Below are positions 38,148 through 49,485 of a stretch of 64,000 nucleotides of DNA, piece after piece. Source of the DNA: Gammaproteobacteria bacterium (GTDB lineage: Bacteria; Pseudomonadota; Gammaproteobacteria; DSM-19610); contig DROT01000127.1 of the NCBI GenBank assembly GCA_011321775.1, positions 1,144 to 65,143 on the forward strand, given 5' to 3'. The notes under the pieces were generated by a model. The model was not told where the DNA came from, searched no databases, and saw only the letters and a program-made list of their open reading frames with translations. A program made the translations under genes and the position numbers. The first letter of the stretch is position 1. Each line of letters starts with the position of its first letter.

Positions 38148-39377
38148 TCAGGAGCGCGACGGTGGGTGTGATACGGCGGTGCGCCTTTCCTGCTGGTCGA
38201 GCGCGAGCTGCAGCGCTTCGATGAGGGTGGTGTGCCTGTCGTTGCGCTGGTGGTTCCAGGCGGTCAGGACGGGCATCACCGCGCGCACCAGTCCATCGAG
38301 GGGTTGATCGGGTTCCTTTCCGGCCGCCAGTGCTTCCAGCGCCGCCTGGACCTCCGCGGCGCCGACGGCGGCCGCCGGCATCCTGCTGTCCGCCGTGCGT
38401 GTGGCGGACAGGGGGGCGGTCGTCGTGCCGTCCTCGACCAGCAGGATGCGATTGCCACCTGCCATCCGGGCCTCTGTCAGCCGCTCCCTGACGTCGGTGA
38501 GCAGGCCTTCGGCGGTCGAGTCGGTGTGCAGGGTCGGACTGTGTATTGCAATGCTGGCCGTGACCGTTATTGCCTTGCCCTCGACCTCGAGTGGCGCTTC
38601 CGCGAGCGAGCGTGCCAGCTGTTCGGCGACCCGTCTTGCGCCCACGGGGTTCGCGGCCGGCAGCAGCAGGCCAAAGGTGTCGATGGTAATGCGCGCCACC
38701 GTGTCTTCACGGCGTCTGTCGGTGGTGAGCCGCTGTGAGAACTGCGTCAGCAGGGACTCCGCCTGCTTCTTGCCGTGGCGCAGGAACAGCACCTTGTAGC
38801 GGTCGAGCTGTACCAGCAGGATGGCAAGATCGGTCCGGTAGCGGATGGCATAGGCCAGCTTCTGTTCCAGCTGCTCGTTGAATGCCTGCTGGTTCGGCAG
38901 GCCGGTGACGAGGTCGATGGTACTGGTCGCCTCCAGCTGCTGCTTGCTGTTCTCGCTTGCCCTGAGTGCCAGGCGCGTGTGCTGCTGGCGGACGTGCGTC
39001 TTGGCACGCGCAAGCAGTTGTACCGATTCGAAGGGCTTGGTGATGAAATCGCTCGCGCCCGCTTCCAGGGCACGGGTCTTGGTGCCGTCATCGTCTTCAG
39101 CGCCGGTAACCACGATGACCGGCAGTTCGCTCAGCCGCTGGTCGTCCGAGCCGCGGATTCTCGCCAGCAGTCCCAGGCCGTCGAGATTGGGCATGGACAG
39201 GTCGGACATCACAAGCATGACGTCTTTCTGCACCTGGAGCATTTCCCAGGCATCCTCGCCGTCCTGCGCTTCGAGGATGTCAAAATCATTCTTCAGGATC
39301 TTGCGTGCGGCAACCCGCATCAGACGCGAATCATCCACGACGAGTATGGTTGGCTTGTGTTCTGCAGCTTTGATCAT
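38148..39377 (-). CDS. Response regulator with degenerate GGDEF domain
   Basis: REC domain ILVVDDS...SDLSMPNLDG...DFITKP. DLVTGLPN present, but the A-site reads TIDTF. Confidence 0.88.
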   Translation of the reverse strand: MIKAAEHKPTILVVDDSRLMRVAARKILKNDFDILEAQDGEDAWEMLQVQKDVMLVMSDLSMPNLDGLGLLARIRGSDDQRLSELPVIVVTGAEDDDGTKTRALEAGASDFITKPFESVQLLARAKTHVRQQHTRLALRASENSKQQLEATSTIDLVTGLPNQQAFNEQLEQKLAYAIRYRTDLAILLVQLDRYKVLFLRHGKKQAESLLTQFSQRLTTDRRREDTVARITIDTFGLLLPAANPVGARRVAEQLARSLAEAPLEVEGKAITVTASIAIHSPTLHTDSTAEGLLTDVRERLTEARMAGGNRILLVEDGTTTAPLSATRTADSRMPAAAVGAAEVQAALEALAAGKEPDQPLDGLVRAVMPVLTAWNHQRNDRHTTLIEALQLALDQQERRTAVSHPPSRS

Positions 39378-39539
39378 GATGCACCGGTCCATTCCTTATA
39401 ATAAAGGGATGTCGGCGTGCCCTGTTCCATCTTTAACCCCCGTGTCGCATCGAGGCGGCAGGGCAGGGACCGGCGTCCGCAGGGCGCGGCTTCCGAATAA
39501 TTCTTGAATAACAGCGTGTTGTGGTTTTTTCGCCGAATG

Positions 39540-39568
39540 AAAAAAGGCCTGCGTATGCAGGCCTTTTT
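39540..39568. terminator. Bidirectional intrinsic terminator downstream of the H1-like gene
   Basis: A6-GGCCTGC-gtat-GCAGGCC-T5. Confidence 0.85.
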
Positions 39569-39586
39569 GCGGCAGCGAGGCAGCGC

Positions 39587-39928
39587 CTAGCGACGTGCTT
39601 TCTTCTTCGCAGCGCGCTTCTTGGCCGCCTTTTTCTTCGCGGCCTTCTTCTTGGCTACCTTTTTCTTCGCGACCTTTTTCTTGGCCGCCTTTTTCTTCGC
39701 TACTTTCTTTTTCGCTGCCTTCTTTCTGGTGGCTTTCTTCTTGGCGGCCTTTTTCTTGGCTACCTTTTTCTTCGCGGCCTTTTTCTTGGAAGCCTTTTTC
39801 TTCGCTACTTTCTTTTTCGCGACCTTCTTCCTGGCTACCTTCTTTTTCGAAACAGCCTTCTTCTTCGCGACCACCTTCTTCTTCTTGGCGGTTGCTTTCC
39901 GTTTGCTTGCTTTCTTCCGTACTGCCAT
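39587..39928 (-). CDS. Histone H1-like Lys/Ala-rich protein (113 aa)
   Basis: About 18 (V/A)AKKK-type pentamers, GGAGGT ribosome-binding site before ATG, terminator after the stop. Confidence 0.85.
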   Translation of the reverse strand: MAVRKKASKRKATAKKKKVVAKKKAVSKKKVARKKVAKKKVAKKKASKKKAAKKKVAKKKAAKKKATRKKAAKKKVAKKKAAKKKVAKKKVAKKKAAKKKAAKKRAAKKKARR

Positions 39929-40338
39929 GAGGATAACCTCCTTCAGATACATGGTTCGCGTAACGTTACGGCGCTTGCATTTAAAACTTTAATGGAAAAA
40001 GAATAAATTACAACACCTAAGTAACATTTGGCTCTATGATTGCAGTGTAAGCTCGATATGGCTTCCGGTGCACAAGCGGTTCTTCCATGGCATCGAGTCA
40101 CGGGTACCGGCAATGGTCATAGCGATTTCGCAAGTAAATAACAGTATGAAACGGATGCGGCGTATCGCGCTGTAAAGCGTTCCGGAATGCGGTGCACGGT
40201 ACCTGATCGTCGTCTCCCGATGTCCGGGTGGATGAAAAAAATTTTCCTTCGATGAGGAAGGAACGTAAACAGTTGCTGTATTCAGCGAATGTCCGTTGTA
40301 TAACTGCAACAGCAGGTAAGCAGGGAAAGAGAACCGTT

Positions 40339-41676
40339 ATGGGTAACCGGATAAGGCAGTGGTACGAACATTCGATGGCACAGTTATGGGATGAAGATCT
40401 GCGCACGCTGCAGGGTGCGCGGCGCTGGTTGATCATCCCGCTGCGTCTGTTGTTCGTGGTGACGAGGCATCTGCTGAAAGGTCAGCTGAGTCTGCGAGCG
40501 ATGAGCCTGGTCTATACGACCTTGCTGTCGGTCGTTCCCTTGCTGGCAGTCAGCTTTTCCGTCCTCAAGGGCTTTGGTGTTCACAACCAGATCGAGCCGC
40601 TGCTGGCCAATTTCCTCGCGCCGCTCGGTCCCCAGGGCGCGGAACTGACCGAACGCATCATCAGCTTCGTGGAGAATGTGAAGGTTGGTGTGCTGGGTGC
40701 GCTCGGACTGGCTCTTCTTCTGTATACCGTTGTTTCTCTTATACAAAAAATCGAGTCCTCGTTTAACTACGTGTGGCAGGTGGAGCGGCTGCGCACGCTC
40801 GGACAGCGGTTCTCGAACTATCTCAGCGTCATACTGATCGGGCCGGTACTGGTGTTCAGCGCGCTGGGACTGACGGCCACCATCATGGACTATTCGCTGG
40901 TACACCGGCTCATGGCGATCGAGCCTTTCGGTTCCCTCATCGTTCTTGTCGGCAAACTGGTGCCCTACCTGCTGGTGATTGCGGCCTTCACCTTCGTCTA
41001 CATCTTCATCCCCAATACGCGGGTGCGTTTTGCACCGGCACTGGTCGGCGGTGTGGTTGCCGGCGTGCTGTGGCAATCCAGCGGCTGGGTATTCGCCGCC
41101 TTCATCGCCTCCTCGTCGAAATACGCCGCGATCTATTCCAGTTTCGCCATCCTGATCCTGCTGCTCATCTGGCTCTACCTGAACTGGTTGATCCTGTTGC
41201 TGGGAGCGCAGGTTGCCTTCTATGTGCAGTATCCCCAGTACCTGACGCGCGAACCGATCGATCTGCACCTCAGCAACCGGCTGCGAGAGCGGCTGGCGCT
41301 GCAGATCATGTTCGTGATCGCAGACCGCCATCTGAACGGAAAGCCACCCTGGACCGGCGAGGAACTGGTCGAATGGCTCGGCCTTCCGGTCTATCCGGTC
41401 CAGCGAACCTTGCGCTTGCTGCAGGATGCCGGCTTCCTGTCGGAAACCGGCAACGATCATGCTCCTGCCTATCTTCCGACACACGATATAGGGACAGTGA
41501 GGCTCACCGATCTGTATGAGACGGTACGAAGTGCGGGAGAGAACCGCCTGCTGGCGCTGCGGCGCATGCCGCGGGAAGAAGTGGTCGAATCGCTGATGGG
41601 CTCACTGCGGGAAGCGGTCAAGTCCCGCCTCGGAGACACCACGCTCAGGGATCTGGTGAGCGAGAGGAAAGTCTGA
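40339..41676 (+). CDS. YihY/BrkB-family membrane protein with C-terminal wHTH (Rrf2-like) domain
   Basis: LRAMSLVYTTLLSVVPLLA, IESSFNYVW, YAAIYSSFA.LILLLIWLYLNW.ILLLGA. Confidence 0.9.
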   Translation: MGNRIRQWYEHSMAQLWDEDLRTLQGARRWLIIPLRLLFVVTRHLLKGQLSLRAMSLVYTTLLSVVPLLAVSFSVLKGFGVHNQIEPLLANFLAPLGPQGAELTERIISFVENVKVGVLGALGLALLLYTVVSLIQKIESSFNYVWQVERLRTLGQRFSNYLSVILIGPVLVFSALGLTATIMDYSLVHRLMAIEPFGSLIVLVGKLVPYLLVIAAFTFVYIFIPNTRVRFAPALVGGVVAGVLWQSSGWVFAAFIASSSKYAAIYSSFAILILLLIWLYLNWLILLLGAQVAFYVQYPQYLTREPIDLHLSNRLRERLALQIMFVIADRHLNGKPPWTGEELVEWLGLPVYPVQRTLRLLQDAGFLSETGNDHAPAYLPTHDIGTVRLTDLYETVRSAGENRLLALRRMPREEVVESLMGSLREAVKSRLGDTTLRDLVSERKV

Positions 41677-42223
41677 AGCCGGTGGTGCCGGCTTGTCGCG
41701 GAAGAACAGGAAGTACGGTATCGCCGTGACTGAAGGCGGTGAGTTGTCCCGCGGGCCGCAGACGGATCCAGTCGGGCAGATAGCGACTCATTTCCATGAA
41801 GAATTGTGCGCGGCTGCTGCCATTGCAGGCAAGGGGACGTGCTTCGCGCAAGGTCTGCAGGTACCAGTGAGACTTCCCGCTCATCGTTGTCGGCTGTTTT
41901 GGCCGGCGGGGGCCGTCCTGTCGCCGCACCGGCCCGCTCGGTGACCAGCGTCCGGCGCACAGTTGCTGCTGCGCGCGCCGTCTGGCCTCGTGCAGTGCAA
42001 CATTGACCACCGCCAGGGCGGCACCTGCAGTGGCGGCACGGGCGAGGGGGATTTCCGCGACCACCTGGTCGTAGGCATACTCGTCTTGAGGGGGCGTGCT
42101 GGAGGGAGTCGCGTCGAGGGAGCCAGGCGGCGGGGTGGCGTATGCGTGGAGGCAGGCACAGCTGGCGGCCATCAGTGCAGCCAGCATGCGGTGGATCCGG
42201 CGCCCCCTGGCAAATGACATCAT
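41645..42223 (-). CDS. Hypothetical secreted protein
   Basis: Signal-peptide-like N-terminus MMSFARGRRIHRMLAALMAASCACLHAYA. Convergent 3' overlap with the yihY-like gene. Confidence 0.5.
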   Translation of the reverse strand: MMSFARGRRIHRMLAALMAASCACLHAYATPPPGSLDATPSSTPPQDEYAYDQVVAEIPLARAATAGAALAVVNVALHEARRRAQQQLCAGRWSPSGPVRRQDGPRRPKQPTTMSGKSHWYLQTLREARPLACNGSSRAQFFMEMSRYLPDWIRLRPAGQLTAFSHGDTVLPVLPRQAGTTGFRLSSRSPDP

Positions 42224-42359
42224 GTTCCTGTCCCCCGTTCTGTGTGTCACACTAGTCGAGGAGGATGGAAAAAACTGTGAACCAGTACCCGGATCTGGCC
42301 CCTGTATTCCCGGCGGCGTTCCCGCCTGTCCGGCGACGCGATCGGTGGCGGGGCGGCCT

Positions 42360-42554
42360 GTGAGCGCCCTGGAGCCGGAAGTCGAGCAGGCCGTGGACCG
42401 CATCTGCGCGCTCGGTTGCAGCGTGGTGAATACCTATATACAGGCACTCGAGCGTGGCGAGACACGCCCCGAGTACCGCGAACTGACTGATGAGCGACGG
42501 GCTTCACTGCTGCGCGAGCTGCAGTCGATCATGGCGGTCTACCGTCTTCGATAG
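42360..42554 (+). CDS. Small hypothetical protein (64 aa)
   Basis: GTG start, helical sequence AVDRICALGC...LLRELQSIMAVY, fills the gap before the typA end. Confidence 0.65.
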   Translation: MSALEPEVEQAVDRICALGCSVVNTYIQALERGETRPEYRELTDERRASLLRELQSIMAVYRLR

Positions 42555-42607
42555 CCTGAGCCCCGTACTGCCTTCGTCCCGCCTGGCGGCGCTGCCCGGG
42601 TGCGGCT

Positions 42608-44422
<1,815 letters not shown>

Positions 44423-44502
44423 AACACTTTCTCGCGGTAAAAAGAACGGGGATTATACCCTATTCAGGCTCGCGGAAGGTTTCGGGAAGAGGCAAGGGAA
44501 CT

Positions 44503-44919
44503 ATGGTCTACCAGTCGTCGTTCGAGGTCGTCACACGCGGGCGGGGCAGTTATTCGATTCGCCGGGAGGTGGATGCGCGGGTGGGGGAAGCGGCGATCCA
44601 TACCGGTATCTGCCTGATTTTCGTGCACCATACCAGTGCGTCGCTGATGTTGTGCGAGAACGCCGATCCGGAGGTGCGCGCCGACCTGGAACGATTCATG
44701 GAACGGCTGGTGCCCGACGGTGATCCGCTGTTCCGTCATGTCGATGAAGGGCCGGACGATATGCCGGCGCACGTGCGCAGTATCCTGACCTCCAGTTCGC
44801 TCAGTGTGCCGCTGGCACAGGGACGCTGCGATCTCGGTGTCTGGCAGGGGATCTATCTGTGGGAACACCGCCGGGCAGGGCACCGGCGGCGGGTCACGGT
44901 GACGGTTTGCGGGGAGTAG
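44503..44919 (+). CDS. YjbQ/UPF0047 family protein
   Basis: HHTSASL...ENADP.V, H..EGPDDMPAHVRS, LGVWQGIYLWEHR. Confidence 0.93.
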   Translation: MVYQSSFEVVTRGRGSYSIRREVDARVGEAAIHTGICLIFVHHTSASLMLCENADPEVRADLERFMERLVPDGDPLFRHVDEGPDDMPAHVRSILTSSSLSVPLAQGRCDLGVWQGIYLWEHRRAGHRRRVTVTVCGE

Positions 44920-45394
44920 CGGAGGTATCCTGCATCTCGTCGTCGAGGGTCGGGACGCGCGGGGCATCCCCCAGACAGGCATCGGCCTCGTCGGCGTCCT
45001 CCTTGCTTTCGGTTCTGGTCTGCGCCGGGCTGTCATGCTGCGGTTCCGTGGTCGCGGCCGCCTCGAGCGAGGGCTGCCCGGGGATATCGAGTTTCGGCGT
45101 GTCGACCATGCCTTCACACAGCGCCTGTGATCCGCTTGCCAGGTGTTCGTAGACCTCACGGTAACTGTCGGTCATCTTCTGCACCAGTTCCGAGGTCTTC
45201 AGGAAATGCTGACCCACCTGTTCGCGGTAGTCGTCGAGTTCCTTTTGCAGGGCATCCAGCCGTTGCTGCATTTCCCTGACGCGTCTGTTGCCGCCCTGCA
45301 GCAGCTGGCCGACAGCGATCCCGGCGAGCACGCCGCAAGCAAAGGCAATCAGGCCGATTGCCCAGGCCCACCCCAAACTGATCCCACTGGTCAT
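44894..45394 (-). CDS. YhcB/ZapG (DUF1043) family membrane protein
   Basis: N-terminal TM helix, coiled coil, V..HF.KTSELVQKMTDSYREVYEHLA.G. Confidence 0.85.
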   Translation of the reverse strand: MTSGISLGWAWAIGLIAFACGVLAGIAVGQLLQGGNRRVREMQQRLDALQKELDDYREQVGQHFLKTSELVQKMTDSYREVYEHLASGSQALCEGMVDTPKLDIPGQPSLEAAATTEPQHDSPAQTRTESKEDADEADACLGDAPRVPTLDDEMQDTSATPRKPSP

Positions 45395-45563
45395 TGCCGA
45401 ATACTCCTTCCCCAGCAGTAACGAGTATACCGGGGATGACAGGGCACTGAACAGGTGTCTGCACTTCAATGCGAACCACCCTGGGCTATACTTTTGACTG
45501 CGTGCTACCACGCAACAGGAATAACAAGCTGTAGCAGCGTGCCAAAAGGAGGTTGGAACAAGA

Positions 45564-45836
45564 ATGAAATCGATCTATGTGGGAAATCTGTCTTTCGACA
45601 CCACGCCCGAACAGCTGCGCGAGCTGTTTTCGGCGCACGGGGAGGTCAGGTCAGTGAAGCTGGTGAACGATCGTTACACCGGCAAGCCGCGTGGTTTTGC
45701 CTTCGTCGAAATGGACGACGAGGAGGCGGAGTCGGCAATCAGTGCCACCGATGGTATCGAATTCGAGGGAAGGCATCTCAAGGTGAATCTGGCCAAGCCG
45801 CGCGGCGTCTGGCGCATGCGCCGGCCAAGGCACTGA
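45564..45836 (+). CDS. Single RRM-domain RNA-binding protein
   Basis: RNP2 IYVGNL, RNP1 RGFAFVEM. AGGAGG ribosome-binding site upstream. Confidence 0.95.
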   Translation: MKSIYVGNLSFDTTPEQLRELFSAHGEVRSVKLVNDRYTGKPRGFAFVEMDDEEAESAISATDGIEFEGRHLKVNLAKPRGVWRMRRPRH

Positions 45837-45846
45837 GCGCGGCTGT

Positions 45847-46800
45847 TCATACCACCTGATTGCGTGGCTCTCCCTTCAGAAAGGCGTCGATATTGGCGGC
45901 GATCTGGTCGACCAGCCGTTGACGGGAGGCGACGCTGGCCCAGGCGGCGTGCGGTGTCACGATCAGGCGTTCGGAACGGTATTCGAGCAAGGGGGACGGG
46001 CGGCGCGGGGGTTCCTGCGCCAGGACGTCGACTGCCGCTGCGGCAATCCAGCCTTCCTGCAACGCCCTGACCAGGTCTTCCTCGACGACCAGGCCGCCGC
46101 GGGCGGTGTTGACGAGAATGGCGCTGTCTTTCATGCACTGCAGTTCCGGGGCACCGATGAGGCCGCGCGTCTGCGCGGTCAGGGGACAGTGCAGGCTGAG
46201 GACATCGGCTTCGCGCAACAGCTGTTTCAGGGGCACACGCACCTCCCGGGAGGCGCCGATCAGGCTTTCCGCGACCAGGACTTTCATGCCCAGGGCGCGA
46301 GCGACCTCAGCCACGGCCCGGCCCAGCACGCCGTAGCCGACGATGCCCAGGGTCCTGCCTGCGAGTTCACCGATGGGCTCTCCGAAGTAACAGAATTCCG
46401 GGCTGTGCGACCAGGCACCGCTGCTCGCCGCCCTGCGGTAACTGTCCAGGTGGCGCGTGAGGGTCAGCAGCAGGGCGAATACGTGTTCCACCACCGACGC
46501 GGTGGCGTAGCCGCGCGCGTTGCAGACCGTGATGCCGGCTTCACGGGCAGCCTGCAGGTCGATGATGTCGGTGCCGGTCGCGGCGACACAGATGAGGCGC
46601 AGTTCCGACGCCGATACGATAGCCGGGCGATCGAGCGGAACCTTGTTGGTGACGACCACCGTGGCACCCTGAAGACGTTCCCGCAGTTCCCTGTTTTCGG
46701 TGTGACCGTACAGCTCCCAGGCGGGGAGGCTGTCACGAAGTGGCTGCAGGTCGATGTCGTCGGGGTGCAGGCTGTCGAGGTCGAGGACCACGCCATGCAT
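45847..46800 (-). CDS. D-2-hydroxyacid dehydrogenase (glycerate dehydrogenase/HprA-like)
   Basis: LGIVGYGVLG, SLHCPLT, LVNTARGGLV, DVL.QEPP, TPHAAWAS. Confidence 0.92.
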   Translation of the reverse strand: MHGVVLDLDSLHPDDIDLQPLRDSLPAWELYGHTENRELRERLQGATVVVTNKVPLDRPAIVSASELRLICVAATGTDIIDLQAAREAGITVCNARGYATASVVEHVFALLLTLTRHLDSYRRAASSGAWSHSPEFCYFGEPIGELAGRTLGIVGYGVLGRAVAEVARALGMKVLVAESLIGASREVRVPLKQLLREADVLSLHCPLTAQTRGLIGAPELQCMKDSAILVNTARGGLVVEEDLVRALQEGWIAAAAVDVLAQEPPRRPSPLLEYRSERLIVTPHAAWASVASRQRLVDQIAANIDAFLKGEPRNQVV

Positions 46801-46804
46801 GGGG

Positions 46805-47383
46805 TCAGCCTCCCAGCAGCCCCCGCTTCAGATCATCGTCTGCGGGGTGTTCTCCGATCCAGACCCGCAGCAGGGCCAGGGCAAAATCCCTGCCGGGCAC
46901 GGTACCCCGGGGCTGGCCGTTGATACGGATGCTGGTGCCTTTTCCCGGCGCGTAGTCCATGCGCACCACGTCACCTTTCTTCAGGTCCGTGAACAGCCGG
47001 TTGAACTGCCGCAGCCTGTCCTCGAGGGCCGCAAAACCGTCCCCGTCGACATTGGCCCGGAAGCCCTCGGTCCAGCCGTTCCGGATCTTGTCGGCGTCGA
47101 CCCGCTTGTACAGCATGTACATCTGCATGCTGTACGGGCCGGGGGCGGCCAGGATCGAAGCCGCGGATTTCGAAGTCTCGGGCAGGTAGAGCGCGCCCAC
47201 GTAGATGTGGATGAAGAACTTGCTGCGGATACCGGCACCATTGAGCACAAGGGACGTTCCGTCGACGCTGTAGTGGTCGGCCAGGGGCACACCGGCGACG
47301 TCGGTGGCGGCGGCACGGGCGCCGAGGGGCAGGAGCAGCACGAGGCACAGCAGTACAGGGTACAGGTGGTTGCGGGATGTCAC
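46805..47383 (-). CDS. Chalcone isomerase-like periplasmic protein
   Basis: Signal peptide, LVLNGAGIRSKFFIHIYVGALYL, IWIG.HP.D..LK..LLG. Confidence 0.9.
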   Translation of the reverse strand: MTSRNHLYPVLLCLVLLLPLGARAAATDVAGVPLADHYSVDGTSLVLNGAGIRSKFFIHIYVGALYLPETSKSAASILAAPGPYSMQMYMLYKRVDADKIRNGWTEGFRANVDGDGFAALEDRLRQFNRLFTDLKKGDVVRMDYAPGKGTSIRINGQPRGTVPGRDFALALLRVWIGEHPADDDLKRGLLGG

Positions 47384-47446
47384 GGGGCGGAGTGCTCCTG
47401 TAGTGGTTGCGGGGGTGGGGTGCAGGTCTTGTTCACGGGGCCGCGC

Positions 47447-48001
47447 TCAGTCTTGCTCGCGTGGCGGATGACGGACGATCTTGCCACGTTGCAGCGGGTA
47501 ACCGTTGCCGCGGCGTCGGTCGCGGTAGTAGCGTTGCAGGGTCTCTTCCACCACCGGGAAGGCCAGTTGTTCCCACGGGATCTCGTCTTCGGCGAACAGC
47601 CGGCATTCGAGGCTCTCGCAGCCGGCCCGGAAGCGGCCATCCGTCAGCCGGCCGCGGTAGAACATGTAGACCTGGCTGATATGGGGGATGCTGAACAGGC
47701 TGTAGAGGGCACGGATCTCCACCCGTGCGCCAGCTTCCTCCAGGGTCTCCCGCATGGCGGCTTCCTCGGTGGTCTCGCCGTTCTCCATGAAGCCTGCAGG
47801 AAGTGTCCAGAGCCCGTGGCGTGGTTCGATGGCGCGCCTGCAGAGCAGGATGCGCTCCCCGTACTCGGGAATGCAGCCGGCCACGATCTTGGGGTTCTGG
47901 TAGTGAATGGTCTGACAGTGATCGCAAACGAAACGTTCGCGGTTGTCTCCGTCGGGGATGCGCAGCGTCACGCCGGCGCCGCAGTTGCTGCAGAATTTCA
48001 T
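47447..48001 (-). CDS. Nudix hydrolase with N-terminal zinc ribbon
   Basis: CSNCG...CDHC, Nudix box [22 protein letters not shown]. Confidence 0.92.
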   Translation of the reverse strand: MKFCSNCGAGVTLRIPDGDNRERFVCDHCQTIHYQNPKIVAGCIPEYGERILLCRRAIEPRHGLWTLPAGFMENGETTEEAAMRETLEEAGARVEIRALYSLFSIPHISQVYMFYRGRLTDGRFRAGCESLECRLFAEDEIPWEQLAFPVVEETLQRYYRDRRRGNGYPLQRGKIVRHPPREQD

Positions 48002-48049
48002 CGTCACCCCGCGGATGCTATCACAACTGTCCCCGCCATCGGCTGCGGT

Positions 48050-48562
48050 TCAGATGCCGCGTTGCTGTGCCAGCAGCAGGCCGAGCATGGTCTTGCCGTC
48101 GACGATCTCGCCGTTGCACACCTGTTCCAGTGCACGCGGGAATTCCAGCCAGTGGACCTCGATGACCTCGTGCCGTTCGCGGGCGCTGGCGGTGTTTCCG
48201 AGTCGTCGCGCGAGATAGAGGTGGATGCGCTCGTCGCAAAAACCGGGGGTACTGAGAAAGTGTCCGAGCGGGTACCAGTCGGCGGCCGTCAGGCCGGCCT
48301 CTTCCTGCAGTTCGCGGCGTGCCGTCTCCTCGGGGGGTTCCGGCGGGTCGATCTTGCCCGCGGGCAGCTCCCACAGCCAGCCGCCGGCCGCGTGACGGTA
48401 CTGGCGCAGCAGACACACGCGGCCGTGCTCGTCGACGGCGACGACCGCGGCCCCGCCGGGGTGTCGTACCACTTCCAGCTCGAGGGTCTCTCCGTTGGGC
48501 AGGGTCACGGGCTCGATGCCGAGGTCCACGACGCTACCCCGGTAGATCGTGCGCCGGCTCAC
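48050..48562 (-). CDS. Nudix hydrolase (ADP-ribose pyrophosphatase-like)
   Basis: EVVRHPGGAAV, LRQYRH, WELPAGK...ARRELQEEAG, DGKT. Confidence 0.9.
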   Translation of the reverse strand: MSRRTIYRGSVVDLGIEPVTLPNGETLELEVVRHPGGAAVVAVDEHGRVCLLRQYRHAAGGWLWELPAGKIDPPEPPEETARRELQEEAGLTAADWYPLGHFLSTPGFCDERIHLYLARRLGNTASARERHEVIEVHWLEFPRALEQVCNGEIVDGKTMLGLLLAQQRGI

Positions 48563-49401
48563 CGGCTCGCCTCGTTGCCGTATACCGCCAGTGTCTGACC
48601 GGCGCCGCGGGGCGCGGCACGATCCAGATACATGGCCTGCAAGGGCAGGCAGCGGGCCGGTTGCAGTTCCCGGCCGGATACGAAGGTGTCGAATCGCTCA
48701 CCACCGAGCAGGCAGTGCGCCGTGGTGTGGTACAGCCGGTCGAGGGCGTCGCCCTCCAGCAGGCTGTGGAGTACGGCCGGCCCGGCGATGGCGTAGACGA
48801 GCCGGTAGCCCAGGGCGCGCAGCGTGTCCCGCAGTTGTGAACCATCCACCCGCCGACCCTCGCCACAGCGAACCACGCGGGCGTGCGAGTTGTTCTCGAT
48901 GGCTTCGATCCGGCGTGCATCGGCGGTCGCACCACTGAGGATGATGATCCTGCGGTCCGGATAGCGTCTCAGTGCCTCCGGTGGAATGTCGAGGCTGGCG
49001 CTGAAAACGGCGATATCGGGCTGCGGGGGAAGTCCGCGGTCGCTGCGCCACTGGCGCAGATCGTCGAATTCTGCCGAGCTGCCGAGCGGCAGCTCGGCCT
49101 GCGCCTCGTCGTCTTCCGCCTGGCGGAAATAGCGCGCGCTGCTGATCAGCAGGTCGGCCTGGGCTGCGAGTTCCTGGAACAGGCGCCAGTCGCGGGGGTT
49201 GGCGATCGCCGGTGGGACGCGGTGGCTGTTGCGCCCGGGAGCGGGCAGGGCGATACGCCCGTCGAGACTGGAAATGAAGTTGCTGTAGATGAACGGCCCC
49301 TCGCCCGCCGGACGGGCGCCGGCCAGCTGCTCCAGGTAGAGACCTTTCAGCTCGTGGTGTCGTCCGGGCGAAGGGTAGAGTTCGAGAATGCGCTCATCCA
49401 T
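48559..49401 (-). CDS. RibD C-terminal (pyrimidine reductase/DHFR-like) domain protein
   Basis: PFIYSNFISSLDGRIA, DWRLFQEL, AIAGP.VLHSLL, DRLY.T. Confidence 0.8.
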   Translation of the reverse strand: MDERILELYPSPGRHHELKGLYLEQLAGARPAGEGPFIYSNFISSLDGRIALPAPGRNSHRVPPAIANPRDWRLFQELAAQADLLISSARYFRQAEDDEAQAELPLGSSAEFDDLRQWRSDRGLPPQPDIAVFSASLDIPPEALRRYPDRRIIILSGATADARRIEAIENNSHARVVRCGEGRRVDGSQLRDTLRALGYRLVYAIAGPAVLHSLLEGDALDRLYHTTAHCLLGGERFDTFVSGRELQPARCLPLQAMYLDRAAPRGAGQTLAVYGNEASR

Positions 49402-49431
49402 GGTGGCGATCGTAGTTTTTTCCGGCCCAGC

Positions 49432-49463
49432 AAAAAAGGCCGCCGGCATACCGGCAGCCCTTT
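49432..49463 (-). terminator. Intrinsic terminator after iscU
   Basis: Minus strand aagggctgccgg-tat-gccggcggcc followed by T6. Confidence 0.65.
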
Positions 49464-49485
49464 GCCTGCGCCACCGAGGGCGCGT

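Noticed and set aside
39595-39992. Phe/Ser-rich plus-strand ORFs
   Set aside because: Antisense readouts of the Lys-codon repeats; the ribosome-binding site and terminator support the minus-strand H1-like gene.
40034-40309. 91-aa ORF in the AT-rich region between the H1-like gene and yihY
   Set aside because: Atypical codon usage, no recognisable motif or ribosome-binding site; more likely divergent promoter DNA.
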